The notes under the pieces were generated by a model. The model saw nothing but the letters and a program-made list of their open reading frames with translations, searched no databases and had not been told where the DNA came from. 64,000 nucleotides of DNA. Source: Candidatus Marinacidobacterales bacterium (GTDB lineage: Bacteria > Acidobacteriota > Vicinamibacteria > Marinacidobacterales > DATDRI01). The stretch lies in assembly GCA_965226495.1 (NCBI GenBank), contig OZ245365.1, positions 1,888,001-1,952,000 of the forward strand, in the 5' to 3' direction. The translations under genes were made by a program, and so were the position numbers. Every line of letters starts with the position of its first letter. Within the stretch, counting starts at the first letter, position 1. Shown here in pieces: positions 21,172 through 31,485 of this stretch.

Positions 21172-22674
21172 TCAGGTCAGCGTGCCAGACCTTTCGGCGT
21201 CCTGGTCGAGCGGAAAGATCGGCCTCGGCACGTTCCGGTACGGTAGGCGTTCATAGTGCACCGTGCAAAGGGCGCCACTATCGCAGACGATGACGCGGCC
21301 GGCGATGGGTTCAAAAGCGGCGCGGAAATGCTGCATCGATTTGAGCGCGATGACGTGTTTGCGTTCGGGCTCGATACCGAACGATTTGAACTGTTGCAGG
21401 TCGAGCATCTGCTGGGCAATCGTGACGACCAGGATATCGATTCCCTCAACGCGCACGACGGCGCTGGGGCCATAGGAGCGATGCAGCCCGCCAAGGATGG
21501 GTCCGTCCCCGACGAAGTGGCCGTCGCTGATCGAGAGCAATTCAGCTTCGAGCGTCAACGGGCCACCACCAAACTCGGCATCGGTCTTACCGCCGAGAAC
21601 GATATCAACGCGCTCACCGAGCTCAACGCGGTGAAGCGCCTGAACTGCCTCGCCGTCGACCATCGGCCCAAAGCAGGCGTCGGTTACGCCTGCCGTGAGG
21701 AGTGCGCCAAGCAGCGCGGTCGAGTCGCCGTAGCCGCCCGCGCCCGGATTGTCGGCATAGTCGGCGATCACGAGTGGACCGCTTTGAGGATCGAACTCGG
21801 CGGCGAGGGCGGCGGCAGCCTCAACGGTGAGGTATTCATTTAGCGCTTCATGACGCCGCGCCCAAATGTCGTCGGCCAGCGTTTCAGCGAAGGCAATGTG
21901 CGCGTCGAGATCGCCCTGGCCGGTGACGAGAACGGTGGGCCCGACATCGGCGACATCGGTGCTGGCAAAGCCTGCGTTGACACTAACGGCGAACACGTCG
22001 GCTTGCCCTTCGTAGTCTCTGGCTGACGCCAGGCGAGCGATCATCGGGCCGACATCGGTGCGCCCGCCATTCGTTTCCTCGAGCATCGGGAGGCAGACGC
22101 GGATCGTTTGCGGCCTGATCTCGCCTGCCATCGCCCGTTGCAGGATCGCACCCGCCCGGCGTCCGGTTTCGCGCATATCGATATGGGGATACGTCCGGAA
22201 GGCAACAATGATATCGGCCAGCTCGCACATTTGCTGACTAACATTCGCATGCGGGTCGAGGGTGATGGCAATCGGGGTCTTGCCGCTGAGTGAGGCTCGA
22301 ATGCGGCGCAAGATTTCGCCGTCACCGTCCTCGCAGAAATCAAGGACCATCGCGCCATGTAGGCCGAGGAGAATACCATCGAACCCGCCACGCTCGGCAG
22401 CGGCGACGATCGGATCGCAAAACCATTCGAACGCCGCGCGCTCGACTTTGGCGCTCGGCCCCGCCGCCGCGCTGAGGACATGTTCGATTTGCCAGCCATG
22501 CGCCCGGCCAGCGTCAAGGAAACCGGCGAGCTCGGTATTGGCCTCGCTTCGTGCGGCGATAGCCTCGTCTCCGATCAAGACATAACGGTCCTTGAATGCC
22601 TGTGCACCGGTCGCACGGCGACTGAAGGTGTTGGTCTCGTGCGAGAGTTCTGCGCTAAGGACCCGGAATGTCAT
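21172..22674 (-). CDS. M81-family metallopeptidase (MlrC-like)
   Basis: HETNTFS, LHGAM, LDPHAN, RTYPHID, DNPGAGG, LKSMQHFRA. Confidence 0.92.
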   Translation of the reverse strand: MTFRVLSAELSHETNTFSRRATGAQAFKDRYVLIGDEAIAARSEANTELAGFLDAGRAHGWQIEHVLSAAAGPSAKVERAAFEWFCDPIVAAAERGGFDGILLGLHGAMVLDFCEDGDGEILRRIRASLSGKTPIAITLDPHANVSQQMCELADIIVAFRTYPHIDMRETGRRAGAILQRAMAGEIRPQTIRVCLPMLEETNGGRTDVGPMIARLASARDYEGQADVFAVSVNAGFASTDVADVGPTVLVTGQGDLDAHIAFAETLADDIWARRHEALNEYLTVEAAAALAAEFDPQSGPLVIADYADNPGAGGYGDSTALLGALLTAGVTDACFGPMVDGEAVQALHRVELGERVDIVLGGKTDAEFGGGPLTLEAELLSISDGHFVGDGPILGGLHRSYGPSAVVRVEGIDILVVTIAQQMLDLQQFKSFGIEPERKHVIALKSMQHFRAAFEPIAGRVIVCDSGALCTVHYERLPYRNVPRPIFPLDQDAERSGTLT

Positions 22675-22929
22675 CACACAGTTCCGTCCGGTAGCGCCGC
22701 TTCGCATGGCTCCGTCTTGAAATAATCGTGCGACACCGGCATGGCGTTACTTTCATCCTGAGCTCTGGATTGGTGAGGTTCGTCGATGAGCGGCCTCAGC
22801 TCGACTAGCTAGCTAGTCTACCCGCTTTCGACGCTCAGATCGATTCTGTTTCACGATCATCGGTTGAATATCGAACCGATCGACGTCTTCGGACGACGCT
22901 GTGATCAGCACCCAATGCATCTGTGGATG

Positions 22930-24037
22930 GGCGTTGGTGCACGAATCGCTCTTGACTCCGGCAAGCGCTTCGACTCAGCTTCTCGATGAAGATCGAGGAG
23001 ATGAACCCATGGCGGCGCGCAAGTCCCCAGAGTGAACCGCAAATACAAGACGAAGTACCGCGTGACCAACTGGCGGGAGTACGAGCGCGGCCTCAGGAGC
23101 CGTGGCGACATCACTGTCTGGTTCAGCGAGGAGGCGGTCGAAGCTTGGACGCCACCGAAGAACGGCCGCCGCGGTGGCCAGCCGCGCTACTCGAATCTGG
23201 CAATCGTGACGGCGTTGACGTTGCGCATGGTCTTTCACCTTCCGCTCCGACAGACCGAGGGGTTCCTCGACTCGTTGTTGCGGTTGATGGAGCTCGACCT
23301 GAAAGCGCCGGACCACACCACGCTGTCGCGGCGGAACAAAGACGTCGACGTGTCTTCGCCTACCATGGTGCATGATGGCCCGATTCAGCTGATCGTCGAT
23401 TCCACGGGACTGAAGATCTCGGGTGCCGGCGAGTGGCACGCCCACAGGCACAAGAGCTCGAAGGCGCGTCGAGTATGGCGGAAGCTGCATGTTGGCGTGG
23501 ATGACGACGGCTTCATCGTGGCGGCGAAGCTCACGAAGAGCAGCGAGGACGATCCGTCCACCGTCCCGGAGCTTCTGGAACAGGTCGACTCTCCAATCCA
23601 GCGCTTCACGGCCGATGGAGCCTACGATACGCGCTCAGTGTACGAGTTGCTCGGCGAGGTCGGCACCGCGGATATCAAGATCGTGATCCCACCTCGACGA
23701 GGGGCGGTGCCTTCGGGCTGCGCCGAGGGCACGTGGGCGCAGGGGAACGCGACCCTCGAGACGATTCGCAAAGTCGGGCGCCAAGGCTGGCAGCGGGAGT
23801 CACGGTATCGCCGACAGGGTGCAGTCGAGAATCTTTTCTTCAGGTACAAGCGGACGCTCGGAGACAGCCTTCGCGCGTGCGGCTACGAATCGCAGAAGCG
23901 GGAGGCAAGGATCCGGTGCAACGTATTGAACCGGATGGCTCAGCTGGGCAAGCCTGAGTCCCAAGCGATCGGCGGGGAGTAAGTCGGGCCGCCAAAAGGT
24001 TCCGTGCGTGTCCCGAACTGATTCATGCACCAACGCC
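22930..24037 (+). mobile_element. IS5-family (IS903 group) insertion sequence
   Basis: 18-bp IRs ggcgttggtgcacgaatc (22930) and gattcatgcaccaacgcc (24020-24037); no target duplication visible. Confidence 0.9.
23032..23982 (+). CDS. IS903-group transposase
   Basis: YRVTNWREYE.GLRSRGDIT, LPLRQTEG, PDHTTLSRR, DSTGLK, WRKLH, ADGAYD. Confidence 0.93.
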   Translation: MNRKYKTKYRVTNWREYERGLRSRGDITVWFSEEAVEAWTPPKNGRRGGQPRYSNLAIVTALTLRMVFHLPLRQTEGFLDSLLRLMELDLKAPDHTTLSRRNKDVDVSSPTMVHDGPIQLIVDSTGLKISGAGEWHAHRHKSSKARRVWRKLHVGVDDDGFIVAAKLTKSSEDDPSTVPELLEQVDSPIQRFTADGAYDTRSVYELLGEVGTADIKIVIPPRRGAVPSGCAEGTWAQGNATLETIRKVGRQGWQRESRYRRQGAVENLFFRYKRTLGDSLRACGYESQKREARIRCNVLNRMAQLGKPESQAIGGE

Positions 24038-24139
24038 GTACAACTAACCTAGTACGGCAACGATAACAGACCCAAGGGATAAGCGGGCGAAGAAGTCGTG
24101 AATCGTAACCAATAGTGCACACCTTTGAATCGAGTCCGG

Positions 24140-24958
24140 TTAGCGAAGCGGCGTGCCGATTCGAGATCGGTCGCTCGCCCAGTAGACGTAAAGCACTCGC
24201 CCGAGTAGGTTATCGACTGGTAATGGACCCCAAAACCGGCTATCGAGACTGTTATCGCGGTTGTCCCCCATAACGAAATAATGCCCTCGTGGAACAACCA
24301 CCGCCGGCATGTTGTCACGCCGGGCGTCCGCAAAGACCGCGGTAGACTCAGACAAATAGGCGTAGGGTTCCTCGAGCGGCTCATCGTTGACGAATACCTG
24401 TCGATCAACGATCCGTAGCGTCTCACCGGGGAGACCGACGACACGGTGCATGAAATCGCGACTTGGATCTAGTGGATACTCGTAGACGACGAGCTCGCCG
24501 CGCTCCGGCGCTCGCGTTTGGTAAACGCCAAACCGAACCATAACGCGGTCTCCCGAGTGAATCGTAGGTTGCATGGATCCGGATGAAAAACGGTAGCTCT
24601 TGTAGATCTTGGCGGGCGACAGGCTGTACGACGCTATGAACGCCACGCCGATCACGACGAGGTACACGTACCACCGATTGTAGGCCCTTAACTTGTAACT
24701 GCGCTTGCGGCGCGCCTGCACGACGGCGTCGACAATCGCGTAGCCAGCCACGAAGAGCGCGCAAAGCAAGATCGCAATGCTAAGGACGAAACCCATGAAG
24801 GTCTCGCGAAGCCCACTCCGCGAGGCGGTGATCCAAAGACTCCACACCGCGGAAAAAAATATCAGTCCCTTCAGCGGCTCACCGTTGTAGAGCTGACCGA
24901 GGCCCGACGTGCCGAAGGAAAGTATGGCCGCGAGGATCGGCCGGCGTCGGCGAGTCAT
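24140..24958 (-). CDS. lepB: Signal peptidase I with N-terminal membrane domain
   Basis: SGSMQPTI, GDRV, YFVMGDNRDNSLDSRFWG; the catalytic Lys position reads FMHRVVGLPGE (His). Confidence 0.85.
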   Translation of the reverse strand: MTRRRRPILAAILSFGTSGLGQLYNGEPLKGLIFFSAVWSLWITASRSGLRETFMGFVLSIAILLCALFVAGYAIVDAVVQARRKRSYKLRAYNRWYVYLVVIGVAFIASYSLSPAKIYKSYRFSSGSMQPTIHSGDRVMVRFGVYQTRAPERGELVVYEYPLDPSRDFMHRVVGLPGETLRIVDRQVFVNDEPLEEPYAYLSESTAVFADARRDNMPAVVVPRGHYFVMGDNRDNSLDSRFWGPLPVDNLLGRVLYVYWASDRSRIGTPLR

Positions 24959-25004
24959 GCCTTCGGTCCTCGATGTCTCAATCGGAAAATATTGGCGCAA
25001 AAAA

Positions 25005-25795
25005 GGATAGGAAATTTCATACGTGTCCGTCCCCGGTCCGCTCGAAATTTCCCCGCTGGGAAGGGGCTGTGCCGTCCGAGTGAGTCCTGGTGAGGGTAGC
25101 AGAGCTCGAGCAATCAGGGCAAGGCGGTTGAGAGGTGTCTCCCGCCGGGGGGATGGAAGTGAAGAAACACTCCGAGCGTTCTCGTGTCGGGGTATTCGGA
25201 CAAGTGGGTTTTTCGGAAGTCAGTGGCTAGGGCTCGGGTGGCGAGCGCGAGTCGCTTTTTCTTATTTCGAGATGAGCCAAAATTTTCCGAATCACCTTGT
25301 GCTCGGTAATGAAGGCGATGACGCGATAGGTACCCCCGCAGTCGCACCGGAGAGGGTCGGTCTGATGAACGCGCCTGATGAGCTTGATGAGCTGTGCCCA
25401 TCTTTTTCTGAGCGCGGCGCGCTTTTTTGGAGGACAGCTTCGGCTCAGAGTCGGCTTTGGGGTTTTGTTGTCCGGTGAGCGATTGCAGGGGGCGGTTTTT
25501 CCTTTTTCGAAAGGCGCGCGCTCTCGAGGAGTAGGCGCCCATGTAGTGGACGCCGTGTTGGCGAGGCTTGGGGATTTGGGTGAGGACTCGGGCCAGAAAC
25601 TCGAAGACATCGAGGGTCTCGCCTTGCGGATGAGAAGCGAGGGGGGTCGTCATGTGAGCCTTTCGCTTCATAGAAGAGCGTCTTTGCGCCCGGTGTCCAG
25701 TGAATGCGAGACAGGCTGAGGGGGCAGCGAAGTAGGTCCGGCAGAGGCGCTCGAGCCCTTCGGTGTTCTGAGGCCAAACGGTCACGGATGTGTCG
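25005..25795 (-). mobile_element. 5'-truncated ISCR/IS91 copy (transposase 3' part + oriIS)
   Basis: Near-identical direct repeat of 26607-27395, with a 1-bp deletion near 25737. Confidence 0.85.
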
Positions 25796-26003
25796 CTCGT
25801 CCCTTTACCGGGCAGGGTTGATGTGCGGCTTCCTCGCCGCCCCGCCGGGTCCGATCAGGAGGGTTTCCGTCACGATGGCTCTACATCATGCTTCCCCCCT
25901 CCCAGGACTTTCCCTGGCGCAATGAGACCTGACCCCCGGCCCGGTGTCCCCCCATTCTCGGCGTAGGCGCGACCCTCTGCAGCGTGCGGCGGCCCTCGCC
26001 CCA

Positions 26004-26474
26004 CTACCAGACGAAAAACGCGCCGCCATCTAGGAACGCGACCAGCTTTCGAACGAACTCCTCGTGCAGCTCAAGTCCCCCGCTTGCCTCTTCGTCACTG
26101 AGCCACTCACCCGTATCTTGGAAGAAGAAATCCTTGATGCTCTGGCTCAGCTTGCGTACAACCTCAGCTTCCTTCTCCTGCCTCCGCGGATCGGCAAGCG
26201 CCCGCCGCAAGGCTTTCGCAAGTTCGATAGCATCAGTCTGGGTGACTTCTTGGCCATCGTTTGTATTGTAGCCTCCATTCCACCGCCGCCTCGACCGACC
26301 CCGTGGCGCCGTGGTACCAAGGGGCGTCCATCCGTACTCCCTTGCAAGAGCCTGATAGAAATCCCATGGTCCACCTCGAATGTTCAGGGCGTCCCCTTGT
26401 CGCCTCTTGAAATCAAAGCTCACGGTCGTGTCGTCACGAAGGCACGTTTCACTCTTTAGACTCGCTCTCGACAA
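26004..26474 (-). CDS. Hypothetical protein between the two ISCR copies
   Basis: Protein-like ORF (LAREYGWTPLGT, YNTNDGQEV, FLDGGAFFVW); start uncertain. Confidence 0.6.
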   Translation of the reverse strand: MSRASLKSETCLRDDTTVSFDFKRRQGDALNIRGGPWDFYQALAREYGWTPLGTTAPRGRSRRRWNGGYNTNDGQEVTQTDAIELAKALRRALADPRRQEKEAEVVRKLSQSIKDFFFQDTGEWLSDEEASGGLELHEEFVRKLVAFLDGGAFFVW

Positions 26475-26606
26475 GCGATTCTTCCGTCACGACCTCCATC
26501 GATCCCGCGGGCTCATCGTCCTCACCGAAGTCAATCTCCTCGCCAGCCTTGAGCTTCTGATGGATGGCAAACTCCTCGTCCGTTAGTTCCACGTCGCTCT
26601 CGAAAA

Positions 26607-27860
26607 GGATAGGAAATTTCATACGTGTCCGTCCCCGGTCCGCTCGAAATTTCCCCGCTGGGAAGGGGCTGTGCCGTCCGAGTGAGTCCTGGTGAGGGTA
26701 GCAGAGCTCGAGCAATCAGGGCAAGGCGGTTGAGAGGTGTCTCCCGCCGGGGGGATGGAAGTGAAGAGACACTCCGGGCGTTCTCGTGTCGGGGTATTCG
26801 GACAAGTGGGTTTTTCGGAAGTCAGTGGCTAGAGCTAGGGTGGCGAGCGCGAGTCGCTTTTTCTTATTTCGAGATGAGCTAAGATTTTCCGAATCACCTT
26901 GTGCTCGGTAATGAAGGCGATGACGCGATAGGTGCCTCCGCAGTCGCACCGGAGAGGGTCGGTCTGATGAACGCGCCTGATGAGCTTGATGAGCTGTGCC
27001 CATCTTTTTCTGAGCGCGGCGCGCTTTTTGGAGGACAGTTTCGGCTCAGAGTCGGCTTTGGGGTTTTGTCGTCCGGTGAGCGATTGCAGGGGGCGGTTTT
27101 TCCTTTTTCGAAAGGCGCGCGCTCTCGAAGAGTAGGCGCCCATGTAGTGGACGCCGTGTTGGCGAGGCTTGGGGATTTGGGTGAGGACTCGGGCCAGAAA
27201 CTCGAAGACATCGAGGGTCTCGCCTTGCGGATGAGAAGCGAGGGGGTCGTCATGTGAGCCTTTCGCTTCATAGAAGAGCGTCTTTGCGCCCGGTGTCCAG
27301 TGAATGCGAGACAGGCTGAGGGGGCAGCGAAGTAGGTACCGGCAGAGCCGCTCGAGCCCTTCGGTGTTCTGAGGCCAAACGGTGACGGATGTGTCGACGG
27401 AAAAGCCGCTATGTCGAAACGAATTGAGTAGCTCGATGCGTTCGTCACTCAAAAGGCCTTTGCCTTTCAGCAAATCAAGGATCTTGTGGCGAAATAACTT
27501 CTCCGCGGCGAAGGTATCGATGTAGGGGACAGGAATCCATTGTCCTTGTGCATCCCAAACCCCACGAGAAGCGAGGCAGTGGGCATGTGGATGTTGGTTC
27601 AGAACACTCCCAAACGTCTGTGGGACCACAACGACTCCGGGACGGGCGTGAGGATCGCCGAGACGGCTTCGAGCATCAACTCCTTGATGGTCTCATAAGC
27701 AAGGCGGGCCAGATCCCGCAGAAGCTCTCGCTGGCGCATGAAATAGGGTCTGAGCATCTTGGGAAGTGTAAATGTCCACAGACTATGGCCAACGTTTTCC
27801 AGCAGCTCGTCTTTAAGAAAACCAGCAAAGGCAGCGGCGCGTTTGGCGTCGCCGAAGTAG
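26607..27860 (-). mobile_element. ISCR/IS91-family element with degenerate HUH (Y2) transposase and oriIS
   Basis: WTFTLPKMLR, QTFGSVLNQHPHAHCL HUH motif, SGFSVD, RYLLRCP, YMGAYSSRAR; frameshift at ~27640; N-terminal Zn domain absent. Confidence 0.88.
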
Positions 27861-28044
27861 TCGTCTGCGGTGACGCCGGATTTCAGTTTAGCGGGTCGAA
27901 TCGAGTGCACTCAGTTGTCCTTTCAACGACATTATATTTTCGTTAGCTTGCGCACACCACCGTCGTCGGAACGAGTTGGGAAAAACGAAGAGGACCCTCG
28001 GCCGTTGGGCGCGGCCGGGGTCCTCTCCCTCGCGACTCCCTCGT

Positions 28045-30672
28045 TCAGGGAACGAGGCGAACGGTAAGGGTGTTGGAATTGGGAAGGCCGATTGCTGCCC
28101 CGAGCAGTACGATGTGGTACATGCCGGGTTTGCTCAACTGGTAGCCGCCGCTGGCATTTAACACCACGCGAAGAGTGATCTGGGCGCCGGGCTGAAGCGG
28201 AATCGATTTCGGTGTAGCGGCATTGGTTGTCGGGTGCGGAGTGGCTTTCCAGCTCGTGTCGGCGACTTGGAATCGTGCCGTTCCGTCGATGGCGGATAGC
28301 CCGACGGGAACCTGGATCGTTTGGCTGGTGAGATTCGATATGGTGACCAGGATCTCGATCGGTTCTCCGACCCGGTAAGTCGTGCGGGCCGTCTCGATGC
28401 GGCAGGCCAAAATCCCTTTCTCGTCCCGGTCGTTCAGCGCGAAGCGGTCGCGCTCCTTCCGAGGCTGGCTTCCTTCCGTTACTCCCTCTCCCTCTGGGAG
28501 AGGGTGGGGTGAGGGAAACCGGACCGCCGACTCTCCGGGTCTGTTCCGCGCCGTGCGCGGCTGGCTTAACGAGGAGGCGTCGGGAGGTTCCTCTTCCAGC
28601 CGGCGAGCCGGTGCGGGCGACGTGGGGAGTATGGATGCGCTAAGCCTGCCTCCCACGTAGCCTTTGGCGGCTTGCTTCAATTTCTGCTCGCGCCCGAAGA
28701 CGCCTTCGTAGCTGACGCCCGCCGGCATCTCCACCGGGACTTCCACGAGCATCGGTTGCTCGGAGCCGGTCACGAGCTGTTTCTCGACCGCGACAAAGGA
28801 CGTATAGGCGGATACCAGTCGATGAGCAAGCGCCACCTTGGTGATCTCTTCGACGAGCTCTTGTCGAGGATGCACGATGTGCTGGTCGGAGAGATCCTCG
28901 ACGCGAGCCCGTGCCCACAGAGTACCGATCGCCTTTCCTTGCTTGCGTCGATCGGGAAGGTCGACTTTGATCTTCTGCTGATAGGGCTTGCCACCCAGCC
29001 GCGCGTGAAGCGTAACCGGGCCGCGGCCTGGCTCGGTGTACCGGCCGTGCACGACAACGGGCTGACCCAGGAAGAGGTCGGGGATTCGCTGAGGATAGAT
29101 GTCGGTGACCTCGAGGCCGTTCCAGTCGATCTCGATATCGGTCAGATACGGATTTCGGATGCGTTCGTAGAATCTCTGGACCGGCGCCTCGGCGTCGTCA
29201 TTGGGGAGCACGTACTCCACGGCACCTCTTCCGAATTCCGCCATCCTGTCCAACAGGAACCGGTTCACCGAGCTCCCGACGCCGAACGAGAAAAGCCGGG
29301 TTCGACCAAGGTTTTGTTCGAGGTAAGCCAGGACCTGACCCTCATTCCCGATGTATCCGTCGGTCATGAACGAGACGATGCGGAGTCGCTCGGGATCGTC
29401 GGTGTAGTCGAGGGCGGTCTTGACGCCCTCCAACATGATCGTGCCGCCGCGACCGGAAAGGCCCTCGACATAACCCAGCCCACGCTGGACGTTCTCGCGA
29501 GTCGCCGGCATCGGCAGCGGGGCGAAGGTCTCAGCCCGGTTGGAGAAGCGGACGATCTGGAACGTGTCCTGCGGGTTCAAGTTCTCGAGGGCGTGCCGCA
29601 TGGCTTCCTTAACCTTGTCCATGGGGGATCCACTCATCGAGCCCGAGCCGTCCACCACGAAGATCATCTCCTTGGGCGTGATCTTGGTGTCTGCTGGCTG
29701 GGCCTCCGGTTGGATGAGCATCAAAAAGTAGCCGTCGCCGTCCGTTCGGTGGGGGAGGAGAACGATTTTCGGGATGTTCCCATCGACCTGGTAGCGGAGA
29801 AGGAAGTCCTTGTTGGGAATGGAATCTTCCGGCTTGAGCTCGATGATCGCTCGCTCCTTACCCTTTCGCTGGATGTCGACTTCATGGGAAGGAGACATCA
29901 ACTGCTGCAGCTTCGTGCCAGGGTCGAGCGTTACCTTCACCGAAATGTCATGTCCCGAACGCTGGCCTGGCTTGAGAACCGGGGGGGTGATGCGTGAAGC
30001 GTCCGACACGTCGGCGGTGTTAGGAGCCCAGCCTCGGTTCCCGGCTGATGTGGGCGCACCGGGGATGAATCGCGGTCCGACAACCATAGGAAACGAGAAC
30101 TCGTAGGAGCTCGATTGATAGGGGAGTGTCTCGACGTAGCGGATCTTCACTTCGACTTCATTACCCGGGAGGATGTTGGCCACCGATTGCGTGAAGAGGT
30201 TCGGTCGGTCTTGATCGAGGAGCGCGGCGACGTGCCCGGCTTTTCGCGCCGCCTCATAAGCCCGGCGAGCCTCGTCCCGTTTCTTGATGACGCCCTGGAT
30301 GGTTCGCTCTCCCACCAAGATCGTCATGTCGTCGACGGCGGCTTTGTTGGGGAGGGGGAACACATAGACTGCCTCGATTTTCTTGTCGTAAGGGTTGTGG
30401 AAGCTCTGAGTGACTTCGACTCGGGCGACGTTTCCAACGATCTCGACGCGAACGTGGGTGTGTTTGAGTGGAAAGCTCTGTACCCCCGAGCCGCCGTCGA
30501 TGACTCGCAGGTCGCCGCCCGAGATCTTGTCTGGGTCGGGTGGGGTGACCGGCGCCGTTTCGAAAGAGGCTGGGGTAGGGGCAGGTTTAGACGTCGGCTC
30601 GGCGTCCACTCCGACGCAAGCGACGGAAAAAAGAACGAAGCCGACCAGGGCTGAGCTCGAGAATGGGTTCAT
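28045..30672 (-). CDS. VIT + von Willebrand A domain protein (inter-alpha-trypsin inhibitor-like), probable lipoprotein
   Basis: VTQSFHNP...EAVYVFPLP, FVVDGSGSMSG MIDAS, FMTDG, FGVGSSVN, LWARAR, LVSAYTSFVAVE. Confidence 0.92.
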   Translation of the reverse strand: MNPFSSSALVGFVLFSVACVGVDAEPTSKPAPTPASFETAPVTPPDPDKISGGDLRVIDGGSGVQSFPLKHTHVRVEIVGNVARVEVTQSFHNPYDKKIEAVYVFPLPNKAAVDDMTILVGERTIQGVIKKRDEARRAYEAARKAGHVAALLDQDRPNLFTQSVANILPGNEVEVKIRYVETLPYQSSSYEFSFPMVVGPRFIPGAPTSAGNRGWAPNTADVSDASRITPPVLKPGQRSGHDISVKVTLDPGTKLQQLMSPSHEVDIQRKGKERAIIELKPEDSIPNKDFLLRYQVDGNIPKIVLLPHRTDGDGYFLMLIQPEAQPADTKITPKEMIFVVDGSGSMSGSPMDKVKEAMRHALENLNPQDTFQIVRFSNRAETFAPLPMPATRENVQRGLGYVEGLSGRGGTIMLEGVKTALDYTDDPERLRIVSFMTDGYIGNEGQVLAYLEQNLGRTRLFSFGVGSSVNRFLLDRMAEFGRGAVEYVLPNDDAEAPVQRFYERIRNPYLTDIEIDWNGLEVTDIYPQRIPDLFLGQPVVVHGRYTEPGRGPVTLHARLGGKPYQQKIKVDLPDRRKQGKAIGTLWARARVEDLSDQHIVHPRQELVEEITKVALAHRLVSAYTSFVAVEKQLVTGSEQPMLVEVPVEMPAGVSYEGVFGREQKLKQAAKGYVGGRLSASILPTSPAPARRLEEEPPDASSLSQPRTARNRPGESAVRFPSPHPLPEGEGVTEGSQPRKERDRFALNDRDEKGILACRIETARTTYRVGEPIEILVTISNLTSQTIQVPVGLSAIDGTARFQVADTSWKATPHPTTNAATPKSIPLQPGAQITLRVVLNASGGYQLSKPGMYHIVLLGAAIGLPNSNTLTVRLVP
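28484..28515 (-). repeat. REP-like palindrome inside the VIT-VWA CDS
   Basis: Minus strand ccctcaccccaccctctcccagagggagaggg; related to 52824-52860. Confidence 0.6.
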
Positions 30673-30980
30673 TGGTATTCCTCCTCCTTCGGTTTCGGAG
30701 GGGTTACCAGGCCGGCGAGACCTTTATTCCACTTTTTATTCGGCGTAAGTGTGGGAGAACCAGCCTTTAACGGCGAGTAGAATTTGGGCGAAACTTAATG
30801 GGGAAGGTGAGACGGAAGTCCCACCCCGGTGTTGGGGACGATTTTGGGAAGCCCCTCAAAAAGGCGCTAGACCCAGAGAATACCCTTTTGACCCAACCTA
30901 AACCTCCAATTACTTGGAGCGTATTTTCGACCGATTTTGAGGCTTTGTCAACCATTTTTTGGGGTATTTGTAGGGTCGAC

Positions 30981-31056
30981 CCCCAACATATAGTGGGTGT
31001 GGGATTTTAACAACGATCAAACATGTTATGCACAAGTTTTCAAGAGGTTTTCCACG
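30981..31056. promoter_or_regulatory. NrdR-box-like and DnaA-box-like sites
   Basis: cccCAACATATAGtgg (30981-30996); TTATGCACA (31026); TTTTCCACG (31048). Confidence 0.4.
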
Positions 31057-31485
31057 CGCCCACCAACCGCGGTCGCTTTTCACGGGCTAGAGCGCCCGGG
31101 AGATGAGCGAAAGCCGGGGAGTCGCTCTAGCTCGCGAACCACTTCGTCCGGAAACATGGACTTGGTCTCAACATGAACTGCTATTTTTCGACATGGGCTG
31201 CGGTTTTTGTAGCGTGAGCCGCTAAATTTGAGCATGAACTGTTACGAGGCGCGAATTCATAAAGTAAGTGCAACACAGCTCCCGGATGAGGTGACCTGGA
31301 ATGTGCCACGATTCCTCAAACGACCAAGAATGGGGACTCGCTAATGACTTATTACCAGATCACCTCGGAAGAACGCTACACCATCGCGGCGCTGCGACGG
31401 GAGGGATTTTGCTCGGCCGAGATCGCGCGGCGCCTGGGGCGCCACCGGAGCACCATCTCGAGAGAGGTCAGGAGGAACAGCTCAC

